This document shows, one piece after another, positions 57,702 through 64,000 of a DNA stretch of 64,000 nt. Position 1 is the stretch's first letter. Each line of letters opens with the position of its first letter. The stretch is from a virus (lineage: Duplodnaviria > Heunggongvirae > Uroviricota > Caudoviricetes): IMG/VR virus record IMGVR_UViG_2609460125_000009. One strand, 5' to 3'. The position numbers and the translations under genes were made by a program. Under the pieces are notes generated by a model. That model ran no database searches. It was not told the DNA's origin and was given only the letters and a program-made list of their open reading frames with translations.

Positions 57702-58021
57702 CCACATCGCACTCTGCTATTACCCAAGAAAAAGCCTTCAACATACTCGAACGACTAGAGACGCTCGCTACGGAGGAGGAGATATCCCCGGAGAAACTGG
57801 TTGAGTTCAGCCGTGTGATATTGCGTCGCAAGAACGATATGGAGCGGCTGACATCTGGCGCTCCATCCTTATCAGTCAGGCGAACACTTTGTTGCAGCTT
57901 CTGCAACAAATCCCAGTACGCCGTCAAAAAGTTAATTGCTGGGGACGCCGTTTTCATCTGCGACGAGTGTGTGGATGTGTGCAACAGAATTATCCGGGGA
58001 GAGAAAGAGAGATCAGCATGA
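57698..58021 (+). CDS. ClpX N-terminal zinc-binding-domain (ZBD)-like protein without ATPase domain
   Basis: C-terminus [35 protein letters not shown] aligns with the E. coli ClpX ZBD ([34 protein letters not shown]). Confidence 0.7.
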   Translation: MTTSHSAITQEKAFNILERLETLATEEEISPEKLVEFSRVILRRKNDMERLTSGAPSLSVRRTLCCSFCNKSQYAVKKLIAGDAVFICDECVDVCNRIIRGEKERSA

Positions 58022-58548
58022 AATTATCCAAATTTTCTGAGTTGGTGAATCGTATTTTGTCCAACAACCACAGCCATCGTCGCGATATGGATGTAACGAT
58101 CGTTGTTCATTCGCCTGGTCGCATCGGTTCAACACCATCAGTTGAGGTTCAGTCAATTCAGGCGGGTTTTGATTGGGATGCCGGGCAAGTGATGATTTTT
58201 CCATCACAGCCACTGACCACGCTAACACCAGAGCAGGTTGCTGATATCGCTGATAGTGTGCGCAAAGGTCAGTCTTGGCACGCGTATCAGGAATACAAGA
58301 AGCATAAAGAGCAGTTGGAAAAATTGTCGATGGAGTTGGAAGCCGCTAAACAGCGGGAAAAAGATCTGTTTATGGAAAATGTTCGACTTAAGTCAGGTAT
58401 AGCCGGTCTGATACACCTCGGTATTCGATATGCGGATGTTGAGGTCATGAAAATTGCTGGAGATGCCCAGCTTTCTACTCCATGCACTGACAGCATCATA
58501 AACAGCATTGCAGCAGGCATTTTCACCAAAGAGGGGGCAGCACGATGA
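58018..58548 (+). CDS. hypothetical protein
   Basis: Start at the ATG overlapping the previous stop (track ORF begins at 57889). Confidence 0.5.
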   Translation: MKLSKFSELVNRILSNNHSHRRDMDVTIVVHSPGRIGSTPSVEVQSIQAGFDWDAGQVMIFPSQPLTTLTPEQVADIADSVRKGQSWHAYQEYKKHKEQLEKLSMELEAAKQREKDLFMENVRLKSGIAGLIHLGIRYADVEVMKIAGDAQLSTPCTDSIINSIAAGIFTKEGAAR

Positions 58549-58730
58549 GAACACTAGAGGTTCGCGCTGAAGACGTAATCCCTGGTGATGTGCTCATAAC
58601 ATCTAAAGGTCAACAATGTGCGGTTAAATCTTTTTGGATGGAAAATGACAAAGTGACTCTGTTCGGTACGGATGGTTCCGAAACTGATTATGACTACGAC
58701 GAATTGCTTGTTGTTGAGAGAGCTGCCTAA
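58545..58730 (+). CDS. hypothetical protein (61 aa)
   Basis: AGGGGG RBS. Confidence 0.4.
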   Translation: MRTLEVRAEDVIPGDVLITSKGQQCAVKSFWMENDKVTLFGTDGSETDYDYDELLVVERAA

Positions 58731-59383
58731 TGACCACCGTTAACAATAAGAAATGCTACCCAAGCGAGAAATATCTTAATGAGCTGATCACCAACATTGA
58801 GTTTGCTGCAAGGGCACCAGTTGAAGTCGTGAGAGCGATTGCAGCAGAGCTACAGAAGCACCGTAAGGCCTATGCCAATACAGCCGCATCTAAGGATGGT
58901 TGGATAAGCTGTAGTGAGCGAATGCCTGTAATTGGCGAGCTAAATTGGAGAACTAGTTTTCCTTTACTGGTTACGTGTGAGATCGGCGTTATACCTGCTT
59001 ATTACGGCTTTGTGAGCGTTAATGGTGATAGGCATTATGGCTTTATGGAGAGTCTTAAATACGGAGACGATAACGGCAACCATCCTCAAACTAATGAATA
59101 TGGTCTGATTAGCAATGTCACACACTGGATGCCACTACCAGAACGCCGCAGGAGTCGAACAGTGAATAATGCAGAGTTATTTCAGAAAATATCGGCTCTC
59201 GCGACTGAATGCCACGCTATAGCATCTGAGCTTGATGTTGGCGATGAACGAACCGAGATGTTCGAAATATACAGTGTGCTGCGCAATCTCTGTCGGCGTG
59301 GCTACGCCACTCAAGTAGGGCGAATGACTAACCCACTACTCTCATCCTGTGATGAGGATGACTCGGATGAGGATGACGAATGA
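58730..59383 (+). CDS. hypothetical protein, possible DUF551-like region, acidic C-terminal tail
   Basis: GWISCSERMPV segment resembles the DUF551 motif common in phage proteins; tentative. Confidence 0.45.
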   Translation: MTTVNNKKCYPSEKYLNELITNIEFAARAPVEVVRAIAAELQKHRKAYANTAASKDGWISCSERMPVIGELNWRTSFPLLVTCEIGVIPAYYGFVSVNGDRHYGFMESLKYGDDNGNHPQTNEYGLISNVTHWMPLPERRRSRTVNNAELFQKISALATECHAIASELDVGDERTEMFEIYSVLRNLCRRGYATQVGRMTNPLLSSCDEDDSDEDDE

Positions 59384-59763
59384 TGCATAAATCAGTAGCC
59401 GGTGAGTTTCAGAAGGAAGTCGATAATACCACTGATCTATTGGACGATATTTTAAGCATTCTCGCGCTGCTTGAGGCTGGCGATTGGTCAGAACATTGCA
59501 CTAAAACAGAGCTAGGCGGTCGGCTTGAAAGAGAGATTACACGACTGATTAGCGATGCCCAAAATGATTTGTCACCTGAGCATCTCCCCTGCGATGTAGT
59601 TCTTGTGCCAGGGATGAGGATACACGAAGGCGTCAGAACGAAAACATTATTAACCGCATTACAGAGAAGAGCCGAACTAAGCTCGCGGATAAAGTTGATG
59701 CCATCCAAAATATTTGATGTCGTCAAATTTACGCCATCGCAACATACTGAGAGAGATAAATGA
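59380..59763 (+). CDS. hypothetical protein
   Basis: 127-aa ORF. Confidence 0.45.
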   Translation: MMHKSVAGEFQKEVDNTTDLLDDILSILALLEAGDWSEHCTKTELGGRLEREITRLISDAQNDLSPEHLPCDVVLVPGMRIHEGVRTKTLLTALQRRAELSSRIKLMPSKIFDVVKFTPSQHTERDK

Positions 59764-60392
59764 GCACGGTAGCGAAAGATCTCACAGAAGATATTCTCAA
59801 TGAAATTATTGCTGGTGCAAATACCTCGCTTGAGCAACTTCTTGCGTTAGCACTGAGAGCCGAACGTCGAGACAGAAATCGTTTTTATGAACGATTACCA
59901 GGGAAACGACCAGATAGATCAGATGAAGAAGGTTGCGATATAGACTACATGGAGCCTTCAGAGATTTATCAACTTGGTAAAGATGACGGCTGGAACGCTT
60001 ATCACGATGCTGTGATGAAGTTGGATGAAAAAGTTAAACCTCTTTCTCGACCGGTAGATCACGGTTTCCGCGATAACTGCGAATGCTCTAGTTGCCAGAC
60101 CACGGCCCGTATTTGTTCCGAATTGACAGATAAGTCCAGCCTAATCTACGAAGTTAATGTAGGCGGTAATACATGGGTCGAATGCACAAGAGCTGCATAC
60201 GTAAGAGCAAAAGACAAGGGTGAATTAACCAGAGTTGTTGCCCATCACCCAAATAATGAGCTTAAAGATCACCAGATTAGAGAACTGGTGAATGAGTTGC
60301 GGGATATTGCGGTTCAGTACCACGGAACGCAGCAATTGCGGGAGAAAATTGCCAGAGCAGTGAACAACTCAATTAGATCAGAAAGTATGTAG
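59760..60392 (+). CDS. hypothetical protein
   Basis: 210-aa ORF; last gene of the plus-strand block. Confidence 0.5.
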   Translation: MSTVAKDLTEDILNEIIAGANTSLEQLLALALRAERRDRNRFYERLPGKRPDRSDEEGCDIDYMEPSEIYQLGKDDGWNAYHDAVMKLDEKVKPLSRPVDHGFRDNCECSSCQTTARICSELTDKSSLIYEVNVGGNTWVECTRAAYVRAKDKGELTRVVAHHPNNELKDHQIRELVNELRDIAVQYHGTQQLREKIARAVNNSIRSESM

Positions 60393-60835
60393 TCAATACA
60401 ATAAAATGGCCCCATTTGGATGGGGCCGGTAACAACTAGCATTATGGGCGCTGGTTGACGTACTCAATGATCGCTTCGATGATTGCGAACATAGGCGGCA
60501 CGATTTTGAAAAGTAAGTTAAGCACTATAGGCCTCACTTAGTTTTATCGCACCTAGCTGCAAATACCTTTGAGCTTGCCTTTGCAGTTGCAATATCTGTA
60601 GTCGCCAGATACTTACGGCACGATTTCGAGTTAAGGTAAGGTTTTAGAGTCACCAAAAACCTGGACTTAAATCTTCTTTGAGAACAACGATGTTTGGTAA
60701 ATGGTCATTATTACCTAGCATGACGGCTCAACGTTTCTTGATGAATCCAGTACATTCGGTTAATCTTAGCTCAGTCGCCAGATACTTATGGCTCAGGAAC
60801 AGAGGCGCAAACTCTGTTTCCTTTTAAAAAGCCCA

Positions 60836-60869
60836 GCCTAGTCAACTGGGCTTTTTTAATGTCCGTTTT
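60836..60869. terminator. rho-independent terminator (bidirectional shape)
   Basis: aaaaagcccag-cctagtcaa-ctgggcttttttaa. Confidence 0.6.
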
Positions 60870-61154
60870 TAACCAAATGTACCCACAATACCGCAACATC
60901 AGTGTCTTGCGAATTAAGATAGGATTTATAGAGACTATGTGCAAGTGCATAACTTTGTGGATAACTCGTAAAGGAAAAAGTGGTTTCCGCGGACATTAGT
61001 TCAGACAAGGAGTCTGGGAAAGTCAATGGGAAGTAAAAATTTGTTAAAAATAACGTTTGTTGGAATTGTATATATTTATGCCTTTCAATAGTTAGCATCT
61101 TATTAACATCTTTTTTAAGAGATAGAGTTCAAAAATATATAGCTTCAACATATA

Positions 61155-61170
61155 CTGTATGCATATACAG
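61155..61170. promoter_or_regulatory. LexA (SOS) box
   Basis: taCTGTatgcatatACAGca, perfect CTGT-N8-ACAG with AT-rich centre, ~20 bp upstream of the UmuD'-like gene. Confidence 0.7.
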
Positions 61171-61188
61171 CATTAAGAGGCGAGTATT

Positions 61189-61578
61189 ATGGGCTTCCCT
61201 TCTCCTGCGGCGGATTATGCTGAGAGCCGTATTTCTCTTGATCAGCAGATAATTAGACATCCTTCAGCGACCTACTTCATGAGGGCGGCTGATAGTCATC
61301 ATCGTGAGGGAATATTGCAGGGTGCATTGCTGGTGGTCGATTCCTCACTGACTCCTGTTGATGGATCTCTTCTTGTATGTGCTCTGGATGGGGAATATCG
61401 CGTAAAAAGATACCGGAAGTATCCACGTCAGCATCTGGAGGATTTAAGAACTGGTAAGAAGGAAGCATTGCCAAAGGATGATGATGGATGCACGGGCAGC
61501 AATGCCGTGTTTGGTGTGATCACTCACATTATCAACGACGCAAGAAGTGGCGAGTTTGATGATTGTCCTGTGATGTAG
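61189..61578 (+). CDS. UmuD'-like protein (pre-processed UmuD homolog, HumD-like)
   Basis: Begins MGFPSPAADY, i.e. at the position where UmuD is cleaved to UmuD' (..C/GFPSPAADY); retains the Ser (DS) and Lys (RVKR) region; SOS box upstream. Confidence 0.8.
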   Translation: MGFPSPAADYAESRISLDQQIIRHPSATYFMRAADSHHREGILQGALLVVDSSLTPVDGSLLVCALDGEYRVKRYRKYPRQHLEDLRTGKKEALPKDDDGCTGSNAVFGVITHIINDARSGEFDDCPVM

Positions 61579-61590
61579 GAGAACTGTTTA

Positions 61591-61616
61591 GGTGGTGCAT
61601 TGCACCACCTTTTTAT
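61591..61616 (+). terminator. hairpin terminator between the umuD'-like gene and mrp
   Basis: ggtggtg-cattg-caccacc then tttttat. Confidence 0.55.
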
Positions 61617-62716
61617 CACACTGCGCGGAATGCGATTTCGCCAGGTATTACTTCACCTTGCCAATACATTTGGGCAGCAACGCGATCTGCGAGGTCACGA
61701 TAAATAGCCGTAAATTCGCTATCTGGACGACTAATAACGGTTGGTGTTCCGTTATCCAGATCTTCACGAAGAGAGATATGAAGTGGCATTTGGCCTAACA
61801 ACTGCGTGTTGTATTTCTCGGCCAGTTTCTGTGCGCCACCGGTGCCAAAAATTGGCTCGTGATGACCGCAGTTACTGCAAATATGCACACTCATGTTTTC
61901 GACGATACCTAGTACCGGCACTTCGACTTTTTCGAACATCACAATGCCTTTCTTCGCATCGATCAGCGCGATGTCTTGCGGCGTAGTTACCACAACCGCA
62001 CCAGTTACAGGAATGTTCTGCGCCAGCGTCAATTGAATATCACCAGTGCCCGGCGGCATATCGAGAACGAGATAGTCCAGATCAGGCCACAGTGTTTCCT
62101 GCAACATCTGCATCAGCGCCTTGCTGGCCATCGGTCCACGCCACACCATTGCATTGTCGTCGGTGACCAGATAACCAATAGAGTTGGTTGCCAGGCCATG
62201 AGACATGATAGGTGCCATGTGAGTACCGTCCGGTGAGGTTGGACGTTGGTTTTCCGCGCCCAGCATGGTTGGAATTGATGGACCATAGATATCGGCATCC
62301 AAAATACCAACTTTCGCACCTTCAGCAGCCAAAGCCAGTGCCAAGTTTACTGCTGTGGACGATTTGCCTACACCGCCCTTGCCTGAGCTTACGGCGATAA
62401 TATTCTTAACACCATTAATGCCTGGTTGGTTTTTGACGCGCTTAAGCGTGGCAATGTTGTACGACAGCTTCCAGTCAATAGCCTTTGCGCCAGTGATACG
62501 GAGCAGATCACCACTACATTGCTCTTTCAGGTCTTCAAAAGGCTTATTCCACACGAAAGGCATGATTAGTTCGACATGCAGTGTGTCATCCATCAACGCA
62601 ACATGGTGTAACGCTTTAAGCGTAGTCAGGTTGTGTTTCAGGGTTGGGTGCTGAAAATTAGCCAGCGTACCGGCTACCATTGCTCTCAGGGCATCCGGCG
62701 ATTTGGACTCGCTCAT
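61616..62716 (-). CDS. mrp: Fe-S cluster carrier ATPase Mrp/ApbC
   Basis: Near-identical to E. coli Mrp over its length (SSGKGGVGKSSTAVNLALALA ... CSNCGHHEPIFG). Confidence 0.95.
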   Translation of the reverse strand: MSESKSPDALRAMVAGTLANFQHPTLKHNLTTLKALHHVALMDDTLHVELIMPFVWNKPFEDLKEQCSGDLLRITGAKAIDWKLSYNIATLKRVKNQPGINGVKNIIAVSSGKGGVGKSSTAVNLALALAAEGAKVGILDADIYGPSIPTMLGAENQRPTSPDGTHMAPIMSHGLATNSIGYLVTDDNAMVWRGPMASKALMQMLQETLWPDLDYLVLDMPPGTGDIQLTLAQNIPVTGAVVVTTPQDIALIDAKKGIVMFEKVEVPVLGIVENMSVHICSNCGHHEPIFGTGGAQKLAEKYNTQLLGQMPLHISLREDLDNGTPTVISRPDSEFTAIYRDLADRVAAQMYWQGEVIPGEIAFRAV

Positions 62717-62873
62717 CCCGTCTCCTTTATTTTAATTTGCGCAATTGTCGCCTTGTAGTGTACTCCAGCTGCGACATTTAATCATTTATGAGAAATGCTG
62801 TTATCACATGGCAGACATAAGGCCATTTTGTTACTATCAAGCCCCTTTTCACTACAAAGAAGTAATGCCTACT

Positions 62874-64000
62874 ATGACCCAAGTCGCGAAGAAAATTCTG
62901 GTGACGTGCGCGCTGCCGTACGCTAACGGCTCAATCCACCTCGGCCATATGCTGGAGCACATCCAGGCTGATGTCTGGGTTCGTTACCAGCGAATGCGCG
63001 GCCACGAGGTTAATTTCATCTGTGCCGACGATGCCCACGGTACGCCGATCATGCTGAAAGCACAGCAACTTGGTATCACACCGGAGCAGATGATTGGCGA
63101 AATGAGTCAGGAACACCAGACTGATTTCGCAGGCTTTAACATCAGCTATGACAACTATCACTCGACGCACAGCGAAGAGAACCGTCAGTTGTCTGAGCTT
63201 ATCTATACTCGCCTGAAAGAGAACGGTTTTATTAAAAATCGCACTATCTCTCAGTTGTACGACCCGGAAAAAGGCATGTTCCTGCCGGATCGTTTTGTGA
63301 AAGGCACCTGCCCGAAATGTAAAGCGCCAGATCAATACGGCGATAACTGTGAAGTTTGCGGCGCGACCTACAGCCCGACTGAACTGATCGAGCCGAAATC
63401 GGTGGTTTCTGGTGCTACCCCGGTAATGCGTGATTCTGAACACTTCTTCTTTGATCTGCCCTCTTTCAGCGAAATGTTGCAGGCATGGACCCGCAGCGGT
63501 GCGTTGCAGGAGCAGGTGGCAAACAAAATGCAGGAGTGGTTTGAATCTGGTCTGCAACAGTGGGATATCTCCCGCGACGCACCTTACTTCGGTTTTGAAA
63601 TTCCGAACGCGCCGGGTAAATATTTCTACGTCTGGCTGGACGCACCGATTGGCTACATGGGTTCCTTCAAGAATCTGTGCGACAAGCGCGGCGACACTAC
63701 CAGCTTCGATGAATACTGGAAGAAAGACTCCACCGCCGAGCTGTACCACTTCATCGGTAAAGATATCGTTTACTTCCACAGCCTGTTCTGGCCTGCCATG
63801 CTGGAAGGCAGCAACTTCCGCAAGCCGACCAACCTGTTTGTTCACGGCTATGTGACGGTGAACGGCGCGAAGATGTCCAAGTCTCGCGGCACCTTTATTA
63901 AAGCCAGCACCTGGTTGAATCATTTTGACGCTGACAGCCTGCGTTACTACTACACTGCGAAACTCTCTTCGCGCATTGATGATATCGATCTCAACCTGGA
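62874..64000 (+). CDS. metG: methionyl-tRNA synthetase (5' portion, runs off the window)
   Basis: [46 protein letters not shown]... HIGH-type motif and E. coli MetG N-terminus. Confidence 0.95.
   Translation, partial: MTQVAKKILVTCALPYANGSIHLGHMLEHIQADVWVRYQRMRGHEVNFICADDAHGTPIMLKAQQLGITPEQMIGEMSQEHQTDFAGFNISYDNYHSTHSEENRQLSELIYTRLKENGFIKNRTISQLYDPEKGMFLPDRFVKGTCPKCKAPDQYGDNCEVCGATYSPTELIEPKSVVSGATPVMRDSEHFFFDLPSFSEMLQAWTRSGALQEQVANKMQEWFESGLQQWDISRDAPYFGFEIPNAPGKYFYVWLDAPIGYMGSFKNLCDKRGDTTSFDEYWKKDSTAELYHFIGKDIVYFHSLFWPAMLEGSNFRKPTNLFVHGYVTVNGAKMSKSRGTFIKASTWLNHFDADSLRYYYTAKLSSRIDDIDLNL

Noticed and set aside
60856-61098. 80-aa minus-strand ORF in the junction region
   Set aside because: AT-rich low-complexity translation in a region full of hairpins and repeats; no RBS.
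62931-63923. 330-aa minus-strand ORF
   Set aside because: Antisense to metG, which matches E. coli MetG closely.
1-64000. CRISPR array
   Set aside because: No regularly spaced direct repeats with unique spacers were seen; the repeated sequences present are iterons, palindromic operator-like motifs and hairpins.

Overview
About 61.5 kb of this window is an AT-richer phage-like / phage-plasmid-like mobile element; the last ~2.4 kb is E. coli-type chromosome (mrp/apbC on the minus strand, start of metG on the plus strand). All calls come from reading the sequence and the supplied ORF translations; no searches were run. The element carries: (i) an iteron plasmid replicon with P1/RepFIB-like architecture (Rep initiator on the minus strand flanked by arrays of the palindromic iteron core CCACTATAGTGG, plus two copies of an origin module with GATC clusters and DnaA boxes); (ii) a tyrosine recombinase with a loxP-like 13-7-13 inverted repeat and a LexA-box-like palindrome upstream; (iii) a tRNA cluster (Asn, Tyr, Thr, and a Ser-like tRNA) embedded in unusual long hairpin repeats; (iv) a long, mostly co-directional replication/recombination/nucleotide-metabolism module: DnaB-like helicase, primase, ATP-dependent ligase, CobT/CobS-like VWA + AAA+ pair, DnaE-like Pol III alpha, gp32-like SSB, 5'-3' exonuclease, RecA homolog interrupted by a LAGLIDADG intein, SbcD/SbcC-like nuclease, RuvC-like resolvase, NrdA/NrdB, MazG-like, ThyA, DHFR, DnaQ-like exonuclease, two N6-adenine methyltransferases and RNase HI; (v) candidate host-interaction genes: a standalone ClpX zinc-binding-domain protein, an HD-domain (SpoT-hydrolase-like) protein, an SPFH lipoprotein, a TerB-like protein, a CspA-family cold-shock gene and a LexA-box-regulated pre-processed UmuD'-like gene. 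No capsid, tail, terminase or lysis genes are recognisable in this window. Intergenic regions carry two strongly conserved recurring motifs (a ~20-bp palindrome ATAGGTAAG..CTTACCTAT and an AGAAAACAA-N-TTGTTTAA .. AAGGAAAAACACATG initiation-region motif), which I consider the most system-like unexplained signals, together with the ClpX-ZBD protein and the lox-like site.
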